A DNA stretch of 64,000 nt, from contig JACPJO010000001.1 of NCBI GenBank assembly GCA_016187485.1, forward strand, positions 6,195 to 70,194, read 5' to 3'. Positions 9,117 to 19,538 of this stretch are shown here, in pieces (positions within the stretch are counted from its first letter, which is position 1; each line of letters begins with the position of its first letter). The notes below the pieces were generated by a model. That model saw nothing but the letters and a program-made list of their open reading frames with translations, had not been told where the DNA came from and did no database searches. The stretch comes from Candidatus Uhrbacteria bacterium (lineage in GTDB: Bacteria; Patescibacteriota; Patescibacteriia; UBA9934; UBA10169). The translations under genes and the position numbers were made by a program.

Positions 9117-9126
9117 GAAACAACAA

Positions 9127-9152
9127 AACAGGGTTCACGCCCTGTTTTTGTT
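9127..9152. terminator. bidirectional intrinsic terminator
   Basis: AACAGGG-ttcacg-CCCTGTT followed by TTTTG; A-run on the other side. Confidence 0.6.
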
Positions 9153-11253
9153 ATTCCGTTGCGAGCGGGAACTCGTGCAGTCCCGTCGAGGTAGCGACCC
9201 AAATTTTTCCCTCGCGTTCCCATATCCCCCGCGTCTGTGCAAAGGCGGGGTGTTCCCATTGGGCCGTGAGTGTTCCGGAAGATTTTTCGATCATCACGAC
9301 ACGGGCGTTCGCTGCATCCACAAGATAGACATAGTCCGTCTGCTCGGTTGTCCACAGCACCGCGCCACTTCCCAAAGTGGGGTCCAGGGAAGGGGTGTTC
9401 CATGATTCCTCCAAGCCATTTTGATAGCGCACCATTTGTCCGTCAGCCTTCAGCACCCACACGGAGCCGTCAATGGAGAACGACAAGGCGTCCCGCAGGG
9501 GTACGGTGCGCGCCGCAATCCATCCGGACGGGGGGCCGAACCCGTCTCCCACACGGTCATGTTTATAAACCTGCTCGTCTTCCGGCGCCAAGATGTATAC
9601 GCGTCTGGCGTAGTATTCCATGTCTTTTGCTGATGCATGAAGGCCAGAGACAGGAACAATCTCAAACGTTTTTTCGGGAGGATTGAGCCGGCCGACACGG
9701 TATCCATCAAACACATACACCAATCCGTTGAGGTCATCAAAGCGTGTGCGTTGAGGTACTCCAAAGCCCTCAGGGAGTGGAAGCAGGAGAACAAACGAAG
9801 AGATAGCCGCATCAAAGCGATACACGTTCCGGCTTTCGGTGAATGCGTAGGCACTCTGTGCATCAAAGGCGAACAGTACCGCCGTCTCGCCTTCGGGGAG
9901 GCTTCCCAACGTCGTGAGCTCGTCCACAGAGCGCGCGTGCCGGAGCGTCTGTGAAAGCGCCGTCAGCTCCCCCCGCAGAGTCGTTTGTCTTTCTGCACGC
10001 TCCGAAGGCTTTACCGGCATGGTTTCTACCAACGCAAGGGCTTCGCGAATCAGTGTGCGTGCCTGCTCTTCATCCTTGTAGATCAAACTTGCTTGAGCCA
10101 AGTCACGTTTTTGTTCGACCTCTTCCACGAGTGCTTTATAGGAAATACGGCTCCGCTCACGCGAACGCACAATGGAGAATGCACCTATAGCAACGGCGAG
10201 CACAAGCACGAATACCCCGATGGTCCATGCCAAACGGCGATTACCTCTTGGGAGAATACGGACAGAATTCTTTGCTTGGCGCAGTCGCTCGCCTGCACGG
10301 CCACGGAGTGTCCCCCACGCAAATTTTCGATCTCCATGGCGGAGTCTCCCAACCGCAAAGAACGCGTCTTTTATTATGCCCATAAGGAGCATGGCGGCAA
10401 CCGCAAAAGATGCTCCAATGATTTTCCCAAACGTCTTGATGATGCTTCTGGCAACCACGGGCCAATCCTGCCGGCGGGGACGCTGGCTTTCGAGCATGCG
10501 CGTCGTCGTGTCGCGTGTGCGCACCAAGTGGTCCAAAGAAGAGGCTGCATCGTGGATGTCCATGGAGGCGGGGCTTTCTCCTTCCTCGGCGCGTAGAACG
10601 ATACAGCTTATGTCTGCGGAGATGGGGAAGTACTGGCGGATTCTTTCGGCGGAACTTCGCGGGGGAAGAGAGGAGAGGACCTCATGCAAATCTTCGGCGT
10701 CGATCTGCTGGGAGAGTTCTCGGTTGGCGACCAGAAAGGCATCTCCCGGATTCAGTTCTCCGTCGAGTACGACAGAAAATAGTTTTTCCCATGTAGGCTT
10801 ATGGCTCTCGGTTTGAATACTGCGCGACAAGTTAAATACCTTGTAACGCTGATCGGGAGTTTTGTGGAGAAATGTGGCGACCAGGTCTCCGGTGCCGGTA
10901 AGGTACATAGCATCGTCGCCGGCCATGCCAATGATGGCGTAGACATCTTTTGGCGACAGAAGCCATTCGGGCTCCGCCGCCGAGGTGGCTATGCGCTCAT
11001 TGATTCCTTGCACCATTTGTTCAAATCGATGCTGAGTATGGGACCCTACCCCTGTTGTTTGGGCACTGCGTGTAAGGTGCTCTTCAAACAGGTCCCGCAG
11101 AGGGGACGGGTCCTCTTGGGTTGCCCGTAGGTCGAGAAGCCCAAACAAGAACCCCCCCGACCCCTCAAGAGGGAAAAGGAAACTCCACATCCCCTCTTTG
11201 GTGGGATTTTTTGCCTCATTTAGGTAGGTTGCTTTGAGCAAATTCTTTGGCAT
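9151..11253 (-). CDS. Membrane protein: N-terminal PP2C/SpoIIE-like (possibly degenerate) domain, one TM, C-terminal extracytoplasmic beta-rich domain
   Basis: GSGGFLFGLLDL, VYAIIGMAGDDAMYLTGTGDL, FLVANRELSQ and ADISCIVLRAEEG resemble PP2C motifs 1/8/11; TM at AWTIGVFVLVLAVAIGAFSIV. Start chosen at MPKNLL (11253); 11190 is an alternative. Confidence 0.45.
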   Translation of the reverse strand: MPKNLLKATYLNEAKNPTKEGMWSFLFPLEGSGGFLFGLLDLRATQEDPSPLRDLFEEHLTRSAQTTGVGSHTQHRFEQMVQGINERIATSAAEPEWLLSPKDVYAIIGMAGDDAMYLTGTGDLVATFLHKTPDQRYKVFNLSRSIQTESHKPTWEKLFSVVLDGELNPGDAFLVANRELSQQIDAEDLHEVLSSLPPRSSAERIRQYFPISADISCIVLRAEEGESPASMDIHDAASSLDHLVRTRDTTTRMLESQRPRRQDWPVVARSIIKTFGKIIGASFAVAAMLLMGIIKDAFFAVGRLRHGDRKFAWGTLRGRAGERLRQAKNSVRILPRGNRRLAWTIGVFVLVLAVAIGAFSIVRSRERSRISYKALVEEVEQKRDLAQASLIYKDEEQARTLIREALALVETMPVKPSERAERQTTLRGELTALSQTLRHARSVDELTTLGSLPEGETAVLFAFDAQSAYAFTESRNVYRFDAAISSFVLLLPLPEGFGVPQRTRFDDLNGLVYVFDGYRVGRLNPPEKTFEIVPVSGLHASAKDMEYYARRVYILAPEDEQVYKHDRVGDGFGPPSGWIAARTVPLRDALSFSIDGSVWVLKADGQMVRYQNGLEESWNTPSLDPTLGSGAVLWTTEQTDYVYLVDAANARVVMIEKSSGTLTAQWEHPAFAQTRGIWEREGKIWVATSTGLHEFPLATE

Positions 11254-11338
11254 ACCAGGTCCCGATTGCGTGGTCACAGAAGCTTGTGTACCATTATACC
11301 TGACGACTATGGGTGTGCAAGCAAAGCATTCATCCACA

Positions 11339-11950
11339 ATGGGGACACAACACGCTTTTCGGCTTGAACAGCTTTTTGGTTCAAAAACACGGGCACGGTT
11401 GCTCGGCGTTTTCTTGAATAATGCGGACAAAAGGTTCTTTGTCCGCGAGTTAACCAGGAAAATTGATGCCCAGCTTAACTCTGTGCGCCGAGAGATTCAG
11501 AATCTTGTCGAGCTCGGGCTTGTTAAAGAGAGTGGACAAGATCAAAACGGGAAGAAGACAAGCGAGAACAAAAAGTTTTTTCAAGCAAACGCGGACTCCC
11601 TTTTGTACCACGATCTGCGTGCGCTTTTGCAGAAGGTACAGGTGCTTCTCAAGAAGAATTTGGTATCTGAGATTGATCAAAAAGGAAAACTTTTGTATGT
11701 CGCACTTACGGGAAAGTTTGTTCAAGAGCCCGATGTGCCCGTGGACTTGATCGTTGTCGGTACGATGGACCAGAAGGATTTACAGGGAATTGTCCGTCGT
11801 TTTGAGCAAGAGCTTGGGGAAGAGGTGAATTATACTTTCATGCCGAAAGATGAGTATATGTATCGGAAACAAATTACGGATAAGTTTCTCTCCTCCATTT
11901 TGGATGCCAACAAAATTGTCATGATTGATCGTTTGGCAGACGCGTTATGA
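11339..11950 (+). CDS. Winged-helix transcriptional regulator with C-terminal nucleotidyltransferase-like domain
   Basis: LFGSKTRARLLGVFLNN...RELTRKIDAQLNSVRREIQNLVELGLV; start is uncertain (ATGs at 11309 and 11339). Confidence 0.5.
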   Translation: MGTQHAFRLEQLFGSKTRARLLGVFLNNADKRFFVRELTRKIDAQLNSVRREIQNLVELGLVKESGQDQNGKKTSENKKFFQANADSLLYHDLRALLQKVQVLLKKNLVSEIDQKGKLLYVALTGKFVQEPDVPVDLIVVGTMDQKDLQGIVRRFEQELGEEVNYTFMPKDEYMYRKQITDKFLSSILDANKIVMIDRLADAL

Positions 11951-12309
11951 CGATGTTAAAAAGAAGGCTCTTTTTTTCGCCTGTGGATATTGCGTATATC
12001 CGTCTTGGACTGTGGGGGAACGGCGTGACAGAGGAAGAAGAGCGTCTTGAGGTGGCCCCAGAGCGGCAACTGGCGGCGATAGAGGAGTATCGAGCGCGGA
12101 GGGGGTTATCTTGGGATGATATCGACGGGCTTGTCGTAGAAACAGGACCGGGGTCGCCTACCGCATTGCGCACCGGCATAGCTATTGCCAATACGTTAGG
12201 CTTTGCTCTCGGTATTCCTCTTTTTGATGCACGAAGTCCGATGGTGGCTCGGGAGTCTTTGGTACCTGAATATGGGCGCGAGCCCAATATCACTATTCCG
12301 AAGTCCTGA
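11947..12309 (+). CDS. tsaB: tRNA threonylcarbamoyladenosine biosynthesis protein TsaB-like (short form)
   Basis: GPGSPTALRTGIAIANTLGFALGIPL motif; ATGA overlap with the upstream gene. Confidence 0.55.
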   Translation: MTMLKRRLFFSPVDIAYIRLGLWGNGVTEEEERLEVAPERQLAAIEEYRARRGLSWDDIDGLVVETGPGSPTALRTGIAIANTLGFALGIPLFDARSPMVARESLVPEYGREPNITIPKS

Positions 12310-12386
12310 AAATGCGGTGTGGATAAATTTGCTGTTCAATCCTCTAAAACCCGGTATGATGAATGAAATTTCTAATTTTTCTCATT

Positions 12387-13070
12387 ATGCCATACGAATC
12401 CATTAGTATCGTCCAAACCGCGTTTGCGGACCTTTGGGCGTCGTTGCTGCTCTTCTTGCCGCGTTTTGTAGGTGCTGTCGTTGTCCTCATCGTCGGCATT
12501 TTTATTGCCAAGCTTTTGCAGAGCTTGGTGGTGAAGGTGTTGGATCTCTTGAAGATTGATGAATTAGCCACAAAGCTTGAAGTGAAGAAATTTTTTGCAC
12601 AGGCGGGCATGTCTTTGCATGTAGGACGCCTGCTTGGGTGGATTGTGAAATGGTTTTTCATTGTCGTCTTTCTCGTGGCGGCGGCTGATATCTTGCAGTG
12701 GAGCGAGGTGACCGGATTCTTGCGTGATGTTGTCGTCTATCTGCCGAACGTCTTGATTGCCGTGGTTATTCTTCTTGTGGGAGTGTTGCTTGCCACGTTT
12801 GTGCATCGCGTCGTACGCACGGCGGTGGAGGCGGCGAATATCACCGCGGCGGCATTTCTTGCCGGGCTTTCTAAGTGGGCTATTCTTATCTTTAGTTTCA
12901 TGGCGGCTCTCGTGCAGCTTGGCATTGCGCAGGACCTCATTAAGGTTCTCTTCACGGGACTTGTCGCTATGCTGGCGCTTTCGGGCGGTCTTGCCTTCGG
13001 TCTTGGTGGCCGTGATCACGCGACGCGCTTCTTGAATCGTTTGCACCGAGACATCTCCTCTGACCGGTAG
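12387..13070 (+). CDS. Membrane protein with conserved TM-helix repeats (PF05552-like)
   Basis: Repeated ~25-aa hydrophobic units with V..LL.....G; start at MPYESI. Confidence 0.5.
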   Translation: MPYESISIVQTAFADLWASLLLFLPRFVGAVVVLIVGIFIAKLLQSLVVKVLDLLKIDELATKLEVKKFFAQAGMSLHVGRLLGWIVKWFFIVVFLVAAADILQWSEVTGFLRDVVVYLPNVLIAVVILLVGVLLATFVHRVVRTAVEAANITAAAFLAGLSKWAILIFSFMAALVQLGIAQDLIKVLFTGLVAMLALSGGLAFGLGGRDHATRFLNRLHRDISSDR

Positions 13071-13198
13071 GGGTGCTCTTGTGGATGGGGTGGCGCAGCG
13101 GTTACACGGCGCCCCCCGTGTCGCTTGAAGTTTCTTCTCTAATCCGCTACGATCCGGCCTAGATTATGGCCCATTATGGTCAATATCGAGGCCTTGAA

Positions 13199-14644
13199 AT
13201 GCTCCCCGGGCTTATTGTCTGGGGATCATTTGCTTTAGCCGTCCTTCTTTCTTTTTTCGCCCCGCTTGTCGCTGTCGTCTGCATTATCACTTTTGATCTG
13301 TACTGGTTGTTCCGCGTTCTTTACTTTATTGTCTATCTTCTGGCTTCGTGGCGACGTTACCGCTATACAGAGCGCGTAGATTGGCGTAAAGAAGTGGAAA
13401 AGATTCCCGGGTGGGAGTCGCTCTGGCACATGGTCTTTCTCCCGATTTACGGTGAGGATGTCAGCATTGTCCGCCGCACTCTCAAGGCCATTCGAGAGAC
13501 AGACTGGCCAAAGGATCGCATGGTTATCGTGCTTGCGGGGGAAGGCCGCGAAGAGGCGAGAATCCGCGGCGTTTTTCATCAGCTGGAAAAGGAATTCGGC
13601 GGTGTCTTCCGTAAACTTTTTTTCACCATTCACCCCACGGGTCTTCCCGATGAAATTCCGGGGAAAGGTTCTAACTTAAATTGGTCGGGACATCGAGCAC
13701 AAGAAATGCTCGAGAAAGAATTTCCCGATGTTGCTCCCGAGCATATTCTTGTGAGTGCGCTTGACGTAGACACCCTTGTGCCACCCGTCTACTTTTCTTA
13801 TCTGGCGCATCGTTTCCTTACAACTCCCGATGGACTTCACTCCAGCTACCAGCCGCTTACGCTCTTCACAAACAATATTTGGCACGCGACGGCGCCGGTT
13901 CGTGTAGCCGCTTTCGGCACGACGTTTTGGTTATTGACCGAGCTCTCCCGCCCCGACCGGCTTTGGACGTTCTCTTCGCATTCCATGCCGTGGAAAATGC
14001 TTCTGGATGTTGGGTTTTGGCAGAAAGACATTGTGTCGGAAGACTCGCGCATTTTTTTGCAGGGGTTGATTCGCTATCATGGGAACTATCGTGTTACCCC
14101 GCTCTATATAGGGGTGAGCATGGATACGGTGACGGGGGCGACGTATCTTGAGAGCTTGCGCAACTTGTATCGCCAACAGCGCCGGTGGGCGTGGGGGGTT
14201 GAGCATCTTATGGAGATGGTCGAAGCGTTTCGGCGCGATCCACTGTTCCCGCGGTGGCGGAAACTTCGTTACCTCTTCTTTCACATGGAAGGCATGTACA
14301 CGTGGGCGACAGCTCCGGTACTCATTTTCCTTATGGGGTGGCTCCCGCTCCTTTTGGCGCGCCAAGACCCCACGCTGCTGGTCCAAGCCGCTCCGGGAAC
14401 ATTGGCGCTCATTATGCGTTTTGCTACCCTCGGCGTGATACTCACCGCAATCCTTTCTATGATCGTACTTCCGTCACGGCCGCGCACGGTGGGATGGTGG
14501 GGGTGGGTGGTTATGTTGCTTCAGTGGATCCTTTTGCCGGTGACCTTTATGATTTTCGGGGCGTTTCCCGCGATTGATGCACAGACGCGGCTGATGTGTG
14601 GTCGCTACCTCGGCTTTCAGGTAACGAAAAAACAACGCCTATGA
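13199..14644 (+). CDS. Membrane GT2 processive beta-glycosyltransferase (cellulose/hyaluronan synthase-like)
   Basis: N- and C-terminal TM segments; D,D,D pattern; QQRRWAWG (QxxRW) motif. Confidence 0.7.
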   Translation: MLPGLIVWGSFALAVLLSFFAPLVAVVCIITFDLYWLFRVLYFIVYLLASWRRYRYTERVDWRKEVEKIPGWESLWHMVFLPIYGEDVSIVRRTLKAIRETDWPKDRMVIVLAGEGREEARIRGVFHQLEKEFGGVFRKLFFTIHPTGLPDEIPGKGSNLNWSGHRAQEMLEKEFPDVAPEHILVSALDVDTLVPPVYFSYLAHRFLTTPDGLHSSYQPLTLFTNNIWHATAPVRVAAFGTTFWLLTELSRPDRLWTFSSHSMPWKMLLDVGFWQKDIVSEDSRIFLQGLIRYHGNYRVTPLYIGVSMDTVTGATYLESLRNLYRQQRRWAWGVEHLMEMVEAFRRDPLFPRWRKLRYLFFHMEGMYTWATAPVLIFLMGWLPLLLARQDPTLLVQAAPGTLALIMRFATLGVILTAILSMIVLPSRPRTVGWWGWVVMLLQWILLPVTFMIFGAFPAIDAQTRLMCGRYLGFQVTKKQRL

Positions 14645-15690
14645 AACCCCTCGTTGCGTTTCATGTCGTCACGTGGAATGGGGAGCGTTACATTCCCGAA
14701 CTCTTGGATTCTCTCCGTACACAAACGTTGGCTCCCACGACGGTACGATTCGTAGACAATGCTTCAACGGATCGCACACGGTCTCTTCTTGAGGCATACG
14801 GGGGAGGAGCGACGATGATTCGCCATATTCGCAATCTTGGATTTGCGGGAGGCCACAATCAGGCTTTCCGTCTCTTCCTTGATAAGCTAGGCGAACAAGA
14901 TCCGACGCACGTCTATGTCGCCGTCGTGAATCAAGATGTTATTCTCACTCCCACAACTCTGGAGAAACTCGTGGAAGCGATGGAGGCACATCCCCACGTG
15001 GGAAGTGTTCAGCCGAAACTTCTTCGCGCATATATCGAGCACGCCGGGGATGACGTATTTGCCCACACGGTGTGTGCGGAAAGAATTGATTCGACGGGCA
15101 TAAAGGCGACACACGGTCGGGAGTTTTTCGATCGCGGTGCAGGTGCGCTTGACGAAGGGCAGTTTGATGAAAAGCGCGAGATTTTTGGACCCACGGGAGC
15201 GTGCGCGCTTTATCGAGCCCGTGCGCTGCTTGACGTGCGTGTGGACGAGACGGTGTTTGATCCGACCTTCTTCATGTACCGGGAGGATGTGGATCTGGCT
15301 TGGCGGCTTCAGTGGGCGGGGTGGGACAGCCTGTTCGTGCCAGAGGCGGTTGCCTATCACCATCGCGGGCTTTTTGCTCCAGCATCTTCCGGATGGCTGG
15401 AGCGCATTGCGCGCCGACGCGCAAAACATCGTCGTCTTGCTGCCTACTCGACCCGTAACCTCTTCCTCTCCATCCTCAAGAACGAGTCGTTTCTTAATAT
15501 GATTCTGGCTTGGCCGTGGATACTTTTTATGGTTCTTCGGCAGGTTCTGTACTCGCTGTTCTTTGAACCGTGGGTGTGTGTGGAGCTTTGCTTGTCGACG
15601 CGGCTCCTCCCGCATGTTGTGCGTATGCGCAGAGCCACATTCCGTTCTGCTAAACGCCGGTCTTCGGCCCTGCGCCGCCTGTTTCGATAG
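14641..15690 (+). CDS. Glycosyltransferase family 2
   Basis: VVTWNGERYI...DNASTD...; start overlaps the upstream stop (ATGA). Confidence 0.7.
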   Translation: MKPLVAFHVVTWNGERYIPELLDSLRTQTLAPTTVRFVDNASTDRTRSLLEAYGGGATMIRHIRNLGFAGGHNQAFRLFLDKLGEQDPTHVYVAVVNQDVILTPTTLEKLVEAMEAHPHVGSVQPKLLRAYIEHAGDDVFAHTVCAERIDSTGIKATHGREFFDRGAGALDEGQFDEKREIFGPTGACALYRARALLDVRVDETVFDPTFFMYREDVDLAWRLQWAGWDSLFVPEAVAYHHRGLFAPASSGWLERIARRRAKHRRLAAYSTRNLFLSILKNESFLNMILAWPWILFMVLRQVLYSLFFEPWVCVELCLSTRLLPHVVRMRRATFRSAKRRSSALRRLFR

Positions 15691-15696
15691 CTTTCT

Positions 15697-16500
15697 ATGG
15701 ACGCGACGATTCAAATTGTCCACTACCATTCGCTTGGGCTTTTGCGCGAGACCCTGCGAAGTCTCCGGCGTGCCGTCCCACGGCTTACGTATGAAGTGAT
15801 CGTGGTGGATAATAATCCGCGGCAACGCCTCCCTGCGTCATTTGCCGAGGAGTTTCCGGAAGCGCGCGTGCTCGCTGCTTCGCGCCATTTAGGTTTCGGA
15901 GGCGGGCACAACTTTGCGTCAAAGAAAGCGAACGGAGACTTTCTCATTATTCTCAATCCTGACATCATGGTGGTCCAGGGATCGTTGGAAGAACTTCTCA
16001 AGTACGCAAAATCGCATCCAGAAGCCGGGCTTGTCGCTCCGCGTCTGCATTTTCCCAATGGACACATCCAATATTCGTGTTTTCGTTTCCGCCATACGGG
16101 CCTTAAGCTTCTTGGCCGCACCCCGTTTGCAAATCTTCCGTGGGTGAAGAAACGCATGGACTTTCACCGCATGCTTGATGTGTCGCATGACGAGACGATG
16201 AGTGTGGATTGGGTTCTCGGCGCCTGTTTATGCGTGCCGCGGGATTTGTGGAATCGTCTTGGGGGGTTTGACGAGCGCTTTCTTCTGTATTTTGAAGAGG
16301 TGGATTTTTGCCGGCGCGTGTGGCACATGGGCCGCCATGTCGTCTATCATCCCTTGTCTGTTATGCTACACTATTATCAACGCGAGGGGTCGGGCGGATC
16401 CTTCTTTTCCCAATTGTGCTCGCGCGCCAACTGGATCCACTTGGCGAGTTGGGCGAAGTATCTCCATAAATATTTTCGGACGAAATCGCCATGTCGGTAG
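15697..16500 (+). CDS. Glycosyltransferase family 2
   Basis: VVDNNP...FGGGHN...ILNPD...FEEVDFC motifs. Confidence 0.7.
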   Translation: MDATIQIVHYHSLGLLRETLRSLRRAVPRLTYEVIVVDNNPRQRLPASFAEEFPEARVLAASRHLGFGGGHNFASKKANGDFLIILNPDIMVVQGSLEELLKYAKSHPEAGLVAPRLHFPNGHIQYSCFRFRHTGLKLLGRTPFANLPWVKKRMDFHRMLDVSHDETMSVDWVLGACLCVPRDLWNRLGGFDERFLLYFEEVDFCRRVWHMGRHVVYHPLSVMLHYYQREGSGGSFFSQLCSRANWIHLASWAKYLHKYFRTKSPCR

Positions 16501-18542
16501 ATTTTTCTTCTTCGACGCCTGTGTCCGCTATGCACGAGGCATCAAACCTGCCGCACCGCCGGCGTGTTCCCACGTGGGTGCCGATGGCGCTCGTTGTATT
16601 TGTCGGCGTGCTCGTAGGCGGCGCACTTATTCTTGTAAGTGTGACGGGCAACGCGGTTCTTGATGGACGCGATGCCTGGGCGCGCGCCCGCACCGCTTTT
16701 GAAAACGCAGACATTCTTCGGGCGCAGGAAGAGTTGTCGCATGCCAAAAAGTCTTTCGACCGGGCGTATGGGGCAAGCCGATTTCTCTCCCCGCTTGCGT
16801 ATCTCCCCCTGGTCGGGGATTCCGTCCGTCCGCTTCGCGTGATGATAAAGACGGGGGCCGATGTATCTGGCGTGTTTGCGGACGCTCTTGGGGAAATCCT
16901 TGAAGTCTTTCGTCTTGTCCCTGAAGCGAAGGATCTCTGGCCGTGGCAGGGACGCGTGGGAAGCCTTCTTGCCCTGTGGCCGGACATTGATGAGGCCACG
17001 CGCGGGCTTCTTCTTTCACGCTTGCGTGCTCTCGTGCCGTCGCTTGAGCTTGCGAAGGCCGACATCGCTGTGGTCAAACGCATTTTTGAAGAAGAGACGA
17101 CTCCTCTTTTTTTAGGGCCGCTTGAAAATTCCAAAGAGAAGCTCGCAGAGGCTATCGAGACGCTTTCGTCTGTCCTCGAAGAGGCGGTGGGATGGGCGGC
17201 GATTGGGCCTGAATTGGCGGGGGCAGACGGAGAGAGCCGTGTGCTTATTTTTCTCCTTAACAATTCTGAACTGCGGCCGGGCGGGGGCTTCATGGGGTCG
17301 TTTGCGGTGGCGACATTGCGTGCGGGTCTTTTGACGGAGCTTCAACATTTTGACGTGATGGCGCTCGATGGCGCCGCGACTCCCGTATGGAACGCGGCTC
17401 CCCCAGGCCCGCTTGCGGAGTATCTCGGCGTTCCTGCATGGTATCTCCGCGATGCGAACTGGTCGCCGGACGTACCGACATCGTTTGCGAAAGCTCTGGC
17501 GTTTTATATGGGTGAACAGAATGCGGGCGGGGCGCGCGCCGTATCTATTCCGACCGGCCCCTTTACCGCCGTGCTTGGCGTGACGGTGACGTTTGCGCAG
17601 GATCTTCTGCGCGTCGTGGGTCCTGTGACGGTGGAAGGGGAAACCTTTACCGCCGAGAATATTCCGGAAGATTTGAATGAATCGGTGGAGTTTGGCTTTG
17701 TGTCTCGCGGACAAACACCGGCAGAACGAAAGAATATTATTGGGAGCATGCTTCGGGAAGTGGCTGATCGCGTGGCGGAGCTTTCCCCGGACGGATGGAA
17801 TTACGTCTTGTCTGTAGCAAAAGAACGGGTGGCGCAAAAGCACCTTATGCTTTACAGCGAAGACGCAAAGCGTCAAGATTTGTTTGCACGTTATGGATTG
17901 ACGGGAACCCTTTCTCCACCGGCAGTGGGCGAAGACGCGCTTATGGTGGTAGATGCGAACCTGGCGGCGCTCAAGACCGATCCGGCGATTGAGCGGCACC
18001 TTACCTACACGATCGAACCTCAACCGAACGGGGAGATACATGCAATCGCGCGCATGCAATATCGCCATACGCAAACGTTCTCAAAAACCATCACGCGGTA
18101 CCGGACATTCACGAGGTTTTATGTGCCTGCGGGATCAGAGCTTGTGCAGGTCGAGGGGTCTTTGCGTGACGATAAGCTGAAAAACCCCGGTGGCACGCCC
18201 GATACGCCAGAGATTTCCGACGAGCTAGGGTATCGCGTCTTTGGTTTCTTCACCTCCGTTGAACCTCTCTCCGAGAAAGTGCTGACTGTCCGCTATAAAC
18301 TTCCCGCGCCTCTCGTGGAGCGTATGGAGAAAGGAGAAGGTTACCGTTTGTCTGTGTTAAAGCAGCCAGGTACTCCGACGTATGGTTTGACGCTCGACCT
18401 TTCCTTTGATACAACGCTCGTGCATGCTAACCCACCAGAGGAGCAGGGGGAGTGGGGTGATCGGCGTTATCGCCTGAACACAAATGTAGATCAAGATCGT
18501 GCCTATGTCGTGGAGCTTTCTGCCAAAGAAGATCGGGATTGA
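16491..18542 (+). CDS. DUF4012-like protein (N-terminal TM anchor)
   Basis: LLNNSELRPGGGFMGSFA signature; ATG overlaps the upstream stop. Confidence 0.55.
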   Translation: MSVDFSSSTPVSAMHEASNLPHRRRVPTWVPMALVVFVGVLVGGALILVSVTGNAVLDGRDAWARARTAFENADILRAQEELSHAKKSFDRAYGASRFLSPLAYLPLVGDSVRPLRVMIKTGADVSGVFADALGEILEVFRLVPEAKDLWPWQGRVGSLLALWPDIDEATRGLLLSRLRALVPSLELAKADIAVVKRIFEEETTPLFLGPLENSKEKLAEAIETLSSVLEEAVGWAAIGPELAGADGESRVLIFLLNNSELRPGGGFMGSFAVATLRAGLLTELQHFDVMALDGAATPVWNAAPPGPLAEYLGVPAWYLRDANWSPDVPTSFAKALAFYMGEQNAGGARAVSIPTGPFTAVLGVTVTFAQDLLRVVGPVTVEGETFTAENIPEDLNESVEFGFVSRGQTPAERKNIIGSMLREVADRVAELSPDGWNYVLSVAKERVAQKHLMLYSEDAKRQDLFARYGLTGTLSPPAVGEDALMVVDANLAALKTDPAIERHLTYTIEPQPNGEIHAIARMQYRHTQTFSKTITRYRTFTRFYVPAGSELVQVEGSLRDDKLKNPGGTPDTPEISDELGYRVFGFFTSVEPLSEKVLTVRYKLPAPLVERMEKGEGYRLSVLKQPGTPTYGLTLDLSFDTTLVHANPPEEQGEWGDRRYRLNTNVDQDRAYVVELSAKEDRD

Positions 18543-19521
18543 CCTTGGAACAACCACGGTGCTTGTGTATGTCCCGCGCCGTGGCATTATCATTCAGGAA
18601 CCGTCCGTTGTCGCGATCTCCCTTATTGATAAGAAGGTTCTTGCAGTGGGGAAAGAGGCAAAAGATATGTTGGGCCGTACACCCGATACGATTGTCGCGC
18701 GCCGGCCGCTCAAGGACGGTGTTATTGCCGATTATCGGATCACGGAGGCCATGCTTCGGTACTTCATTAACAAGGCGATCGGCGGATTCCGCTTGTTTCG
18801 CCCCGAAGTAATGGTGGCAGTACCGGGCGGGATTACGTCAACGGAACGGCGTGCCGTGATTGACGCCACACGCGCGGCCGGCGCACGCGAGGCCTATGTG
18901 ATCTCCGAGCCGATTGTTGCGGCCATTGGGGCGAACATTCCCATTGGATCACCATCTGGCCACATGATGATTGATATTGGCGGCGGCACGGCCGAGATGG
19001 CGGTGATCTCGCTTGGCGGTATCGTGGCCTCGGAGTCTGTGCGTATCGGCGGCGTGAAGTTTGATATGGCTATTATGGATTATATCCGCCGAAAATACGG
19101 GCTTGCGGTGGGGGAGCGAACGGCGGAGGACATCAAAATTCAAATTGGTTCGGCGGTGTTTTTGCAGGATAAGCTTTCTATGGAGGTAAAGGGCCGTGAC
19201 ATGATTACCGGTCTTCCAAAAATTGTGGAGGTTACGAGCGATGATGTTACGTCGGCGATACAGCCGGAGCTTGAGGGGATTATTGCGGCAGTGAAAGAAG
19301 TGCTTCACAAGACGCCCCCAGAGCTTTCTGCTGATGTCATGGATAAAGGCATCACACTTTCCGGCGGCTCCTCACAATTGCGTAATCTTGATCAGCTCAT
19401 TGCACAGGCAACGGGCGTGCCGACCTATGTAGCGGACGATCCGCAGCAATGCGTGGCAAAAGGAACGGGTGTTGCTCTAGAAAATCTTGATGCGTACAAA
19501 CGCAGCGTCTTTACTCATTAG
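18499..19521 (+). CDS. mreB: Rod shape-determining protein MreB
   Basis: IGIDLGTTTVLVYV, MIDIGGGTAEMAVIS and ITLSGGSSQLRNLDQLI actin-fold motifs; overlaps the upstream gene end. Confidence 0.85.
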   Translation: MPMSWSFLPKKIGIDLGTTTVLVYVPRRGIIIQEPSVVAISLIDKKVLAVGKEAKDMLGRTPDTIVARRPLKDGVIADYRITEAMLRYFINKAIGGFRLFRPEVMVAVPGGITSTERRAVIDATRAAGAREAYVISEPIVAAIGANIPIGSPSGHMMIDIGGGTAEMAVISLGGIVASESVRIGGVKFDMAIMDYIRRKYGLAVGERTAEDIKIQIGSAVFLQDKLSMEVKGRDMITGLPKIVEVTSDDVTSAIQPELEGIIAAVKEVLHKTPPELSADVMDKGITLSGGSSQLRNLDQLIAQATGVPTYVADDPQQCVAKGTGVALENLDAYKRSVFTH

Positions 19522-19538
19522 GGTACTTTTGGAGGAGT

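Noticed and set aside
13071-13165. tRNA-like D-arm sequence (TGGCGCAGCGGTTACACGGCGCC)
   Set aside because: No acceptor stem, anticodon arm or T-arm can be folded around it; more likely a terminator hairpin after the 12387-13070 gene.
16361-18074. Long minus-strand ORFs (16361-17293, 17112-18074) antisense to the DUF4012 gene
   Set aside because: Arg/Pro/Ser-rich translations with no start context; the plus-strand DUF4012 gene has a clear family signature.
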